A DNA stretch of 40,475 nucleotides from a virus, in UHGV virus genome UHGV-0204446. The stretch is one strand, 5' to 3'. This document shows positions 26,309 to 34,878 of the stretch, piece by piece. A program made the translations under genes and the position numbers. How positions within the stretch are numbered: the first letter of the stretch is position 1; each line of letters opens with the position of its first letter. Under the pieces are notes generated by a model, which searched no databases, was not told the DNA's origin, and saw only the letters and a program-made list of their open reading frames with translations.

Positions 26309-28243
26309 CTATGCCTCCCCGCCGGTGCTTGCCGCTCCCGCCGCCCGCTTTCTGGCATTTTGCACAATGGTTGGCTCCTGCTTCTGAATGCCGCCGATGT
26401 TGTCCCCCTGGTAGATGCTGGTCGTTCCAACCGTGCCCCCGGTGCCCCCGGCCATGGTGACGTTTACATCCTGGGCGATAGTCTGTGCCGCCTCCGGTTC
26501 GTATCGTTCTGCCAGCGTCAACGCCAGCTGCATATATTGCAGCAGCTTTTGATACATAGTGCCCTGCTGGCTGATTTTCTGCATCAGTTCCGCCTTGCCC
26601 TCGAAGTCCATCATGTCCATGCACTGCAGCGCCTGGTCTGCCATCTGGGGGTTAAAAAAGCCCAGATTAAAAAATTGCAGTGCCAATTCGTTTTGCGTGA
26701 CTTTGGTGTACACATTGTGCTTCTGCGCGGAAATTTTAATATCAAAGGCAGGAACCCGGTATCCCATATCCATACCAAAATCGTTGCCCTGATACTGGGG
26801 CTGGATGCCGCTGTTGTCGTAACTGACGAACTCCTGCGCGCCGTATTGCCCCACAATCCGAAACTGCCTCGGCGCATCGTAAAACTGCCGAATAATCTCG
26901 ATGCAGAACTCCACAATCTGGGAATATGCCCGATAACTGGCCTGGGTGCTGTCCCGGCTCCCCTTGCCGCTGGCCTCCTGCAAGGCGGCAATGGCACTGG
27001 CTGCTGTCACCCCGCTTTGAATATTGCCGGTACTGGTCTCCGTGTTTCCGCTGGTCTCTCGCAGCTCCTGGATGGTTGCCTGCATCACGTTGATGTAGTT
27101 GCCGTCCAGAGGGTTATGCGCAATGGGCTTTAAGTATGTCTCGTCCACATTGGGCAGATGCACAAAGGGCTTGCTTGTGTCGGCCATTTCGTTTTCGTTT
27201 ACGCCACCATCACCCCGGACGAAATACCGGGGCGTTGCCCCCACCATGGCGTTTTTCACAAAGGCGGTTTTCAGCAGGTCAATTTCCGTCTGAGGGGACT
27301 TGCAAATATCGATGTAGCCATATCCGCAGGGGCTTCCCTCGATGGGGTACAGGGCATCAAACACATAGGGGTATTTGCCGTGGTCGTATAGCCCCCTCTC
27401 CGCCATTTCCGGCTCGTTTTCAGTGGCATATAATACCGTGTCGCCAATGTACTTGCAGTATTGCAGCGTCACTTTTCCGTTGACCCGCTTCCGGTAATAC
27501 ACTTCAATGACGGTGAATTTATCCTCGGTGCTGACCGTATCGTCATACAGGAACTTCGCCGACACAAAGCCGTTGCTTTTCAGTTTACTTTCCAGCTCGG
27601 GGTATTGCTCCACCAACACCTCCTTGTCTCGGAGTTCTGTGTGAAACAGGAATCGGCTCTGCTGGATGTCCGTCACCCCCGGCTCCCAGTAGATATTCAG
27701 CAAATTCACATTCTCAACAGAAATATCCCCAAGGCCGTTCAGCTTGTTCCTCGACCACACGATTTTGTAAACCCCGGTTCCGGTTTTCAGTTTTTGCCAC
27801 ATGGCATCGGAATACGTCCGTTCAAACTGATTTTGTTCCAGCACGCATGGGATGATGTGGCTCAACATCTGCGCTTCCTGCCGGTCTCCTCGCTCCCGTG
27901 GGAGGATATTCGGTTCCGGGTAGCTTTCCATGGCATCCGCGTGTTTCGCCACAATAACATTGTGCAGCCAGCCGGAGGAGGACACCCACCCGCCGTCCTG
28001 CCCGATTCTGGTTTTTTCCAGCTCCTCGGCGCTGTTCCGCAGCTTCCACCACTGTTCGCTTGCCTGGATTCTGGCGGTGGTTCTGGCCTTGCCGCCGTTG
28101 TATTTTTTCAGGATGTCCGTAAATTTAAAAAGCTGTTCCTGCCCGATTGGCTTTGCCGCCATGCCCTCCGGCATTGTCCCCTCGGCAGGGAGAAGACCGC
28201 CCTTCCCGGCAGCCGCCAGCCCCAGAATACCGCCATTTCCCAT
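26309..28243 (-). CDS. Portal protein (P22-like size and position)
   Basis: ~644 aa after terL; motifs KTGTGVYKIVW, HGKYPYVF and GVTAASAIAALQEA. Confidence 0.85.
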   Translation of the reverse strand: MGNGGILGLAAAGKGGLLPAEGTMPEGMAAKPIGQEQLFKFTDILKKYNGGKARTTARIQASEQWWKLRNSAEELEKTRIGQDGGWVSSSGWLHNVIVAKHADAMESYPEPNILPRERGDRQEAQMLSHIIPCVLEQNQFERTYSDAMWQKLKTGTGVYKIVWSRNKLNGLGDISVENVNLLNIYWEPGVTDIQQSRFLFHTELRDKEVLVEQYPELESKLKSNGFVSAKFLYDDTVSTEDKFTVIEVYYRKRVNGKVTLQYCKYIGDTVLYATENEPEMAERGLYDHGKYPYVFDALYPIEGSPCGYGYIDICKSPQTEIDLLKTAFVKNAMVGATPRYFVRGDGGVNENEMADTSKPFVHLPNVDETYLKPIAHNPLDGNYINVMQATIQELRETSGNTETSTGNIQSGVTAASAIAALQEASGKGSRDSTQASYRAYSQIVEFCIEIIRQFYDAPRQFRIVGQYGAQEFVSYDNSGIQPQYQGNDFGMDMGYRVPAFDIKISAQKHNVYTKVTQNELALQFFNLGFFNPQMADQALQCMDMMDFEGKAELMQKISQQGTMYQKLLQYMQLALTLAERYEPEAAQTIAQDVNVTMAGGTGGTVGTTSIYQGDNIGGIQKQEPTIVQNARKRAAGAASTGGEA

Positions 28244-28247
28244 TTCT

Positions 28248-29672
28248 TTACCTCCGATTTTTATCAAAATTAAATTGGTTTAGCGGGTCACCATACACCA
28301 GTTCTTCCTTTTTCGCCGCCATCGGCTTAATTGGCCGGGACATACACATATACCGCACTTCGTCCGCCACATGGTCTTCCATGTTAGTGTCCAGGTCTTC
28401 CGGCTTGGTCTGGCTGTACATCATCAGCGGGATTGTCCGAATGAACGCATTGCACCCCTCAAAAACATACATCCGCGCATAGCCGTTGTCGTCAAATTGC
28501 AGCCGATAGTGCATCTGCATCCACCCCGGAATCCGGGCATTGTCCCCGGGGGAAAAATAAATGCCATACCGCTCCGCCGTTTCTGCAATGCTTTCTCCCC
28601 GGCTGGTGTCCCAGATCGCCGGGTCTGCCACACTGTCCACAATCTTCCTGCCCTTTAGCCATGGGTGTTCATTTTCAAGCTCCCGAAAGCGCCGGAATTG
28701 TTCGTCCGGTGACCATTTAACGCCCTCATTCGGTTCTTTCGTGCAGCCGTATATTTCTAATATGCGGTATAATACCCCGTCATAGTCCACCGCCCAGTAC
28801 CCCAGCGAGAAGGGCTTGCCGTACCCAAAGTCATACGACCGCATGATATTCCAGCCCCGCCGTTCGCCGCTGCACAGGTCAAACGGCTTAATGACGTGTG
28901 TCCACCGCCCCTGCTCCCGGGCTTCTTCCACCGTGATTCCGGCTTCACGGCACTTTTTGGCATCCGGTTCCAATCGGAAATCCTCAAAAAACTGCCCTTC
29001 GTACACATCCCACTTTCCGTAAAGCCACGCCTCCCGCAGCTTCGGCGGCAGCGTTTCCAGCTCTGCCACATACTCCGGCTGGGTTTCCATCAGCGCCCGG
29101 TTGTCCTGTACCAATGCCTGTGTAAAGCTGTAATCCTCCGGCTTCTCCGCCTCCTCAAACCGCCGGTCAATGAACAGCCGCTTGATATAGCCGTGGGAAG
29201 CGCCGCCAGGATTGCAAGTATAGTAGGTTCTTTTCGGGAAATTATTCACACCACGCACACAGGCGTTGATTTTTTTAATCCATTCTTCCTGCAATTGTGT
29301 TGCTTCGTCCAGAAAAATCACATCATATTCTGCACCCTGGTATTGCCCCAAATCCCCATCACAATTGCAGTAGCCGAACTTTATTGTGCTGCCGTTTGGA
29401 AAAGTAAACACTTTTTCGCTTTTGTTGAACTTCGCCAGTCCGTGCAGTTCTTCCCGCAGTTGGTTAATGTGGTTGTTAAGCAGTTCCGGGAAGGTGCGCC
29501 GGACAATCAGCACTTTGATTCCGGCATATACCGCCGCCAGAATCTTGGCCTTGGTGCGTACTGCCCAGCTTTTCCCCCCGCCTCTTGCCCCGCCGTAGCC
29601 AACATGACGATGGCCGTCCGTCAAAAAGCGGTACTGCTTGTCACTGATTTTTGATAGGTCAATTGTACTCAC
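28248..29672 (-). CDS. terL: Terminase large subunit
   Basis: Walker A YGGARGGGKS, Walker B IFLDEA, TCNPGG, nuclease motifs SYDFG and EDH.ADE.RY. Confidence 0.95.
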   Translation of the reverse strand: MSTIDLSKISDKQYRFLTDGHRHVGYGGARGGGKSWAVRTKAKILAAVYAGIKVLIVRRTFPELLNNHINQLREELHGLAKFNKSEKVFTFPNGSTIKFGYCNCDGDLGQYQGAEYDVIFLDEATQLQEEWIKKINACVRGVNNFPKRTYYTCNPGGASHGYIKRLFIDRRFEEAEKPEDYSFTQALVQDNRALMETQPEYVAELETLPPKLREAWLYGKWDVYEGQFFEDFRLEPDAKKCREAGITVEEAREQGRWTHVIKPFDLCSGERRGWNIMRSYDFGYGKPFSLGYWAVDYDGVLYRILEIYGCTKEPNEGVKWSPDEQFRRFRELENEHPWLKGRKIVDSVADPAIWDTSRGESIAETAERYGIYFSPGDNARIPGWMQMHYRLQFDDNGYARMYVFEGCNAFIRTIPLMMYSQTKPEDLDTNMEDHVADEVRYMCMSRPIKPMAAKKEELVYGDPLNQFNFDKNRR

Positions 29673-30136
29673 ACTTCAAACCCCTCTGGCAGCCCGCTGA
29701 TAACCAGCTGTGCGGTGTTTTTACTATCATCGTCTCTGTCTGCCTTGCTCCGCAATGCGGCAATGCGAGCCTCCTGCTCTGCCTGGTCACCTGCACTTTT
29801 AATTCCCACAATTTCCCGGATGTCCTTGACCGCCGCCGTCAGCGCACGGATGTCCTTGGGGGTGATGGCATCATCCTGCTGCAAGGCATCCAGCACCTTG
29901 TCCAGCATCAGGCCGGCGGAATCGTATATCCGAGTCGCCATGTCCGCTTTTGCCTGTGCGGCGGCATCAGCTGCCAGCGTGGCCGATTTGTCTATCACCT
30001 GTTGGCGCAGCCCAACCCAGTCTTCCGCCTTTGCCCGCTTCCCTAGTGTCCGCAGCGGCACCCTATATTTTTCTGCTAACTGCCTATACGTCACGCCGCC
30101 CTGAATGTATTCGTCTCTGGCTGCCGTCCAATCCAC
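29669..30136 (-). CDS. terS: Terminase small subunit (N-terminal HTH)
   Basis: DW...RDEYIQG..TYRQLAEKY.V...TL.KRA..E.W; overlaps the terL start. Confidence 0.8.
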   Translation of the reverse strand: MDWTAARDEYIQGGVTYRQLAEKYRVPLRTLGKRAKAEDWVGLRQQVIDKSATLAADAAAQAKADMATRIYDSAGLMLDKVLDALQQDDAITPKDIRALTAAVKDIREIVGIKSAGDQAEQEARIAALRSKADRDDDSKNTAQLVISGLPEGFEV

Positions 30137-30158
30137 GCTCCGTCACCCCCTTTTGTCC

Positions 30159-30193
30159 ATTGTATCAAATCACCATAGCGGGCGCTAAACCCC
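30159..30193 (-). promoter_or_regulatory. Putative late promoter GGGTTTAG-N21-TACAAT
   Basis: Upstream of terS, with TGn extended -10. Confidence 0.6.
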
Positions 30194-30267
30194 GCCGGTG
30201 TTCGCATTTTGTGATATTGCCTATATTTTGCCGTTTTTTATTGTCTATATTTTCATCTTGCTTTGTC

Positions 30268-30296
30268 TTGCATTGTATCACAATGTATGCTATAAT
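30268..30296 (+). promoter_or_regulatory. Strong sigma-A promoter with embedded operator palindrome
   Basis: TTGCAT-17-TATAAT with TGn; CATTGT-atc-ACAATG at 30271-30285. Confidence 0.75.
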
Positions 30297-30341
30297 CTAG
30301 ATGTAAATCAAAGGGGCGTGAAGCCCAGAAAGGGAATAAAA

Positions 30342-30752
30342 ATGAAGGACTACCGCGAAATCTACCTGAGCAAGTTTGGTTACCGGTTGCCAAAAGTTCT
30401 TTCGGATTTGGAAGGCACCGTCGGCCTTTGCGGGTTTGACCAGATTATCCAGCAATACGCCAAAACCGCAGAGGACAGCGATTTTATGTCCTTGTTCAGC
30501 TCAATCCCAGTCCCCGACGATGCCAACAGCATCCGGTCTATGCTGGTTCAGCGCATCAACGAGCTTTTCTTTTCTAAAATCTCCCGCGAGCGGGCGCTGG
30601 CAATCGCTAACACAATGCTCATGGCAAGTGACGACGTCTCCGTTTCCATCGTCTCCAACGAGGAAGACCTCACCTACAATCTCTGTGGCTTTGTGGCAAC
30701 GTGGAACAAATTCCACCCGCAAGAGCCTCTGGTTCCACCTGCCATTGATTGA
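30342..30752 (+). CDS. Moron, hypothetical protein (136 aa)
   Basis: ATG at 30342 after GAAAGGG; own promoter; opposite strand to the flanking operons. Confidence 0.7.
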   Translation: MKDYREIYLSKFGYRLPKVLSDLEGTVGLCGFDQIIQQYAKTAEDSDFMSLFSSIPVPDDANSIRSMLVQRINELFFSKISRERALAIANTMLMASDDVSVSIVSNEEDLTYNLCGFVATWNKFHPQEPLVPPAID

Positions 30753-30814
30753 TCCCCCCCGTTAAATTTCCGTCCCGCCACGGAGGTCACGATGGCAAGA
30801 GGGGGCATCGTTAT

Positions 30815-31639
30815 ATGGCTGACCGTAAAAAAATCGAGTCAGGCCAGCGCTATAATCGGCTGACCGTCCTGAGGAAAACCGATAAACGGCTTTCTGGTCA
30901 TGTTGTGTGGGAATGCAGGTGTGACTGCGGGAATGTGGCTTGTGTAACCTCGACGCGGTTGAAATCAGGTGAAACAAAGAGTTGTGGGTGTGCTGGTGCT
31001 CACGCAAACCTGATGGACATCAGCGGCCAGCGCTTTGGCCGTCTTGTCGCTCTGGAGGCAACTGAAAAGCGGCTGGGAAACAGCGTGATTTGGAAATGTC
31101 AATGTGATTGCGGTAAAGCCGCAGAAGTAGCTGCAGTCAATCTGCGAAACGGCAATACAAAAAGCTGCGGGTGTCTGTCTTCTGAAGCCCACGCAGACGC
31201 TATGGCCGCTTTTACGCGGCCAGCAAGGTCGCCAGATTACGTTTGCGGAACCGATATTCGGCAGCTGATAAAAGCACCCCAGAGCAACAACAGCAGCGGT
31301 GTCACCGGTGTCAGCTGGGACAATTCCGTCAAAACCTGGAAAGCAGAAATCCGTTTTCGTGGGCGGCGCTATTACCTCGGCAGCAGCAGGGATAAAGCTG
31401 TTGCCATCGGATACCGAAAAGCCGCAGAGCAGCGCATCCACGGAGAATTTTTGGAATGGTACTACAAAACTTATCCCGAAAGGAAAAAGGAGGCATTAGA
31501 AGTGGCCGAGAAAACCTGTAACGTCACCATCCGCCTGTCACCCGAACTGAAGGAGCAGCTTCAGCGGGCAGCAGAGGCAGAAAATCGAACCGTCTCCAAT
31601 TTTTTGGAGAGCCTGATAAAGCAAGCGTTAAATAAATAG
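30815..31639 (+). CDS. AP2-domain protein with W.C.CDCG repeats, fused in frame to a C-terminal ribbon-helix-helix
   Basis: Two G.R..RL...W.C.CDCG...SCGC repeats; AP2 motif NNSSGVTGVSW....WKAEI...YYLG; Arc-like VTIRLSPELKEQL..AA..E.RT.SN. Confidence 0.8.
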   Translation: MADRKKIESGQRYNRLTVLRKTDKRLSGHVVWECRCDCGNVACVTSTRLKSGETKSCGCAGAHANLMDISGQRFGRLVALEATEKRLGNSVIWKCQCDCGKAAEVAAVNLRNGNTKSCGCLSSEAHADAMAAFTRPARSPDYVCGTDIRQLIKAPQSNNSSGVTGVSWDNSVKTWKAEIRFRGRRYYLGSSRDKAVAIGYRKAAEQRIHGEFLEWYYKTYPERKKEALEVAEKTCNVTIRLSPELKEQLQRAAEAENRTVSNFLESLIKQALNK

Positions 31640-31642
31640 CAC

Positions 31643-31677
31643 AAAGGGAGGAGGCCGAAGCCCCCTCCCGATTTTTA
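31643..31677. terminator. Bidirectional terminator between convergent operons
   Basis: GGGAGGAGGC-cgaa-GCCCCCTCCC followed by GATTTTT. Confidence 0.7.
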
Positions 31678-31770
31678 TTCGTCTTTGTCCTTCCGGCTGC
31701 CCGCCACCAGGCAGCACACCAGCAGGAACGCCACCCCAGCCAGCGCCAGCACCGCACCCGCCACAACCAT
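31675..31770 (-). CDS. 31-aa single-TM peptide (not in ORF track)
   Basis: MVVAGAVLALAGVAFLLVCCLVAGSRKDKDE; TAATG coupling with the upstream ORF. Confidence 0.6.
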   Translation of the reverse strand: MVVAGAVLALAGVAFLLVCCLVAGSRKDKDE

Positions 31771-31925
31771 TATTTCCACCCCCAGATTAAATTCTGAATC
31801 CACCCCGGCAGCGGTAAATTTATCGTTGCCCGGATGATAGCCAGCCGCAGAAATCCGTAGCTGTACCCCAGCGCCGCCACAAGAGCAATGAAAATCAGCA
31901 TTGCAAGAATAATTTTACGTTTCAT
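31770..31925 (-). CDS. 51-aa membrane protein (not in ORF track)
   Basis: MKRKIILAMLIFIALVAALGYSYGFLRLAIIRATINLPLPGWIQNLIWGWK; AGAGG RBS. Confidence 0.6.
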   Translation of the reverse strand: MKRKIILAMLIFIALVAALGYSYGFLRLAIIRATINLPLPGWIQNLIWGWK

Positions 31926-32364
31926 TTTTCCTCTTTTCATAACGAATTTTAAGTTGTGCAGGGCACAGGTCTACTTCCGGCTTTCGCTTTCCAGTCCAAC
32001 GCAGCCCGCCAGCCTGCCCCACACATTTCCACCCTGCTGCCTTTAGACTTGTACCCGGTTCGGAATCCAGTATGTAAGTAATCAGTTTCTTGTAGCCCAT
32101 AGCCCTTGCTGCTCGCCAAGCAGCGGCGTAGAGCATAGAACAGGCATTTTTCGTTCCATCCGTTGCCAACCGGTTTACCTCCAACGTCCACCCATCATCC
32201 AGATACCGGGAAACTGGTCTGCCAACGATGGCAACTCCTACGATGTTTTCGCCATCTGTGCAGCCGATGGAAAACTTATGCCCAACAACTGGTTTATGAT
32301 GTCGGTGGTGCTGCTCCACAAAGGCATTGGCTTCCTTTAGCGTGATTGGGCATATATCTAGCAT
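31915..32364 (-). CDS. XF1762-family / Mom-like putative DNA-modifying acetyltransferase
   Basis: ANAFV..HHRHH; GVAIVGRPV.R.LDDG.TLEVNRL; LITY.L..E.GTSLKAAGW; ATG at 32364. Confidence 0.8.
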   Translation of the reverse strand: MLDICPITLKEANAFVEQHHRHHKPVVGHKFSIGCTDGENIVGVAIVGRPVSRYLDDGWTLEVNRLATDGTKNACSMLYAAAWRAARAMGYKKLITYILDSEPGTSLKAAGWKCVGQAGGLRWTGKRKPEVDLCPAQLKIRYEKRKNET

Positions 32365-32407
32365 TTGTTCATATTCTCCTTCCCGCCCGGGTTGCCCCGG
32401 GCTTGTA

Positions 32408-33059
32408 TTATCCCCACTGGTCGGCCATTGCGGCGGCGATTCCGGGAAAGGTCTTGCTGCGCTCTTTCGCCGTCCTTTTTCCTTTTTTTGTCCATACTCC
32501 AGGTCTTGCTGCCCCTCCGTGCGGCGAGGTTTCGACCCACTTACCGGCAGGTATAACCAGTTCCGTAGCAAAAAGTATTGGAAGATGTTTTAACCACAGA
32601 CAAGTCGCCTTAAGGTATTCATGGCCAAACATATACGGCTGTATAATCTGGCTGTACGGCGGCAGCCCAAAAATTTTCAACGGCACTGGGTTCTCAACGG
32701 CTATTCTAGGAATATCAGCATTCAAACATTTCAAGAAAAATTCAGCAGCTTCAATTCCTTTTTTGTACCGTTCCATTTGAATTTTACCATTGATTCGCAG
32801 TCGGTTCCCACCGGCTTTGCTTAAATATGTGCAAGGCGGGTGTGCAATCAGCAAATCCCATCCCCCTACATCATGTGCCTGTCCGTCCATGGTGGTCACT
32901 TGCCCCCCCCTCGATGGCCTTTAGAGCATCCCCCAGGATATGCCATTCGGGATGACCGCCGCTGGGCTCCTGGATGTCGCAGGAGTAGGCTTCATGCCCC
33001 TTGCCCCGGAATGCCTTGCAGACGGTTTGCGATTCTTCACAAGCCACAAGTACTTTCAT
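32408..33059 (-). pseudogene. DNA cytosine methyltransferase-like gene split by a +1 frameshift in a G8 tract
   Basis: MKVLVACEESQ...AYSCDI in one frame; DLLIAHPPCTYL and AVENP in another; the frames join at C8 32903-32910; total length 652 nt = 217 codons + 1. Confidence 0.8.
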
Positions 33060-33211
33060 TTCTCGCTTTCCTCCTCCTGAGAGCGCACAAATCTCAGCCA
33101 GTAGTCTAAGCATTCCCGGCAGATAAGCTCATATCCTTCCAATTCATCGAAATGGCAAAAGCTGCACCCGGCATAAACCCTTGCCTCTTTTTCGTCTTCG
33201 TTCATTTCCAT
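33056..33211 (-). CDS. 51-aa CxxC...CxxC protein (not in ORF track)
   Basis: MEMNEDEKEARVYAGCSFCHFDELEGYELICRECLDYWLRFVRSQEEESEK; GAGGAGG RBS; ATGA overlap with the downstream gene. Confidence 0.65.
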   Translation of the reverse strand: MEMNEDEKEARVYAGCSFCHFDELEGYELICRECLDYWLRFVRSQEEESEK

Positions 33212-33213
33212 AG

Positions 33214-33444
33214 TCAGTCCTCCTCAAAGGTTTTTTCTAGCATTTCATAAACCTCGCACCGCTCGAACTTGTCGCAGCAGAACGTCCTTTGCTGAATCTC
33301 AAAATCCTGCTTCCGCCGGAACCGCCACCTCAAAACGCTGGCATCCGTTACACCTTGGCAATCGATCACCCAGCCTCCGTTTACATGGCAGCAGCGTAGG
33401 TAAAACGGACATTTGGCATATAAGTCGCGCCAGTTGGTCGCCAC
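33214..33444 (-). CDS. Small Cys-rich protein, candidate zinc-binding late regulator
   Basis: KCPFY...IDCQG...FCC..FERCEVY; probable GTG start at 33444. Confidence 0.6.
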   Translation of the reverse strand: MATNWRDLYAKCPFYLRCCHVNGGWVIDCQGVTDASVLRWRFRRKQDFEIQQRTFCCDKFERCEVYEMLEKTFEED

Positions 33445-33445
33445 A

Positions 33446-34162
33446 TTAGCCGCCCCCCTCCTGCTCGTCAATCGGTTCTGCCAGCACCCGCCTTATGGCT
33501 TCCAGCTCTGCCTCACCCAGCTCGCCGGACGCGCCTTTTGGCAGCTCTGTCTTTTTTGGCTTGTCTGCCCACATCCCACTGGTGAGGTATCTTGTAAGCC
33601 CCGGCACATATTGGCCATCATCTTTTGACCAGTCCCGGCTGTTCTTCCAAGTTGCCAGATTTTCAGTCGCCTTGACAACATCGTCATTGCCAAGGCTTAA
33701 CATGGCCGCCGTGTCGGTTAAATTTTGCAAGCTCCCCCGCCTGTGTACCGGATATTCCTGCCACAGCTTTTCCAGCAGTATGCTTGCGGTTTCCCCTTCT
33801 TCTCTTACTCTATCTCTATCTCTTTCTCTTTCGCTTTCTCTTTCTCTTTCTAGCTTCCGGTTTGCTTGCGGCTGATTGTTGCTTGCTTCGGTTTGCTTGT
33901 CGTTTGCTTGCTGTTTGCTTGCGCTTGAACTCCCGCCAGCCCGTCCTGCCTCAGCCCGTTTTCTTGCTTTATCCAGGATTGGTTTGATGGACATAAAGGC
34001 TGCTCTGCACCCTTCTTGCAACTTTTCCGGCTCTTTTTCAAAAAGCGCGTATTCGATAATCGCCATCAAGAATTTTTCACGGTCAGCTGACCGCGTGAAC
34101 TGGATAACTGTTTCGTAAAACGAAACATAGAATGTAAATTGCTTTCGTTTTTCGTTAGCCAC
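33446..34162 (-). CDS. Replication initiator (DUF6291-like N-terminus)
   Basis: RKQFTFY.SFY...FL.AI.EYA; GR.GG linker; ERERE tract; C-terminal W..YP...GQYVPG...YL..G.W.D; contains iterons. Confidence 0.8.
   Translation of the reverse strand: MANEKRKQFTFYVSFYETVIQFTRSADREKFLMAIIEYALFEKEPEKLQEGCRAAFMSIKPILDKARKRAEAGRAGGSSSASKQQANDKQTEASNNQPQANRKLERERESERERDRDRVREEGETASILLEKLWQEYPVHRRGSLQNLTDTAAMLSLGNDDVVKATENLATWKNSRDWSKDDGQYVPGLTRYLTSGMWADKPKKTELPKGASGELGEAELEAIRRVLAEPIDEQEGGG
33860..33921. repeat. Iterons of the putative replication origin
   Basis: GTTTGCTTG at 33860, 33891, 33902 and 33913, plus a degenerate copy, next to a pyrimidine/purine-skewed tract at ~33795-33850. Confidence 0.7.
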
Positions 34163-34173
34163 AGCAAACCACC

Positions 34174-34878
34174 TCAATTTTTTCTGCAAGCCGCGCTGAC
34201 TTTGATGTTCGCAGGGACTAACCGGCTAACTTTATTGATAAAACGTCCCTCATGACTGGTGGCGCTGCTCAGGTGCAGCAGGTAAATTTCTCTGCATTTT
34301 GATAAGTCAAGCGTGCATAAATATTCACACAGCACATTGATGTCCATGTGTGTGTTCGCGATTCTGTGCCTTGTTTTTTCCGGCATCTTCTCGCACCGTG
34401 CCAGTATCTCCGGGTCGAAATTAGCCTCAATGGCCAGGATGTTCACCCCCGGAAACTTGTACCGGATATTAACTGTGTCCGTGGCAAACACCAGCTTGTC
34501 CCCGTCCACCCGGCTTTGAATCAAAAAGCCCAGGGGTTCGGCACAGTCGTGAAAAACCGCAAAGGGAACCACATCCATGCTCCCAATGGAAAACTGCTCC
34601 ATGGAGGCGCACACAGCCGCCCCAGTGGCGTTTAATGCCTCCTTCGTGCCCTCACTCATGTAAACCGGAATGCCGTCCTTGATGACTTCCAGCGCCGCCT
34701 TGGCGTGGTCTTTGTGCTCATGTGAAATCAGGCATCCGTCCAGTTCCGCAATCCTGAACCCCAGCAGCGTTTGCAGCGTTTTGTGGGCAAGCCCGGCCTC
34801 AATCAGAAGCCGGGTCTTGCTGTCACTGACGATGTAGGCGTTGCCGGCGGAGGACGATGCCAACGCCGTAAATGTCAT
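34174..34878 (-). CDS. MBL-fold metallo-hydrolase (YycJ-like nuclease)
   Basis: SSSAGNAY; SHEHKDH; HD..EPLGF; ATDT; IEAN; LHLS. Confidence 0.9.
   Translation of the reverse strand: MTFTALASSSAGNAYIVSDSKTRLLIEAGLAHKTLQTLLGFRIAELDGCLISHEHKDHAKAALEVIKDGIPVYMSEGTKEALNATGAAVCASMEQFSIGSMDVVPFAVFHDCAEPLGFLIQSRVDGDKLVFATDTVNIRYKFPGVNILAIEANFDPEILARCEKMPEKTRHRIANTHMDINVLCEYLCTLDLSKCREIYLLHLSSATSHEGRFINKVSRLVPANIKVSAACRKN

Noticed and set aside
30815..31500. Active HNH homing endonuclease
   Set aside because: It has the Cys repeats and AP2 domain but no discernible HNH catalytic motif.
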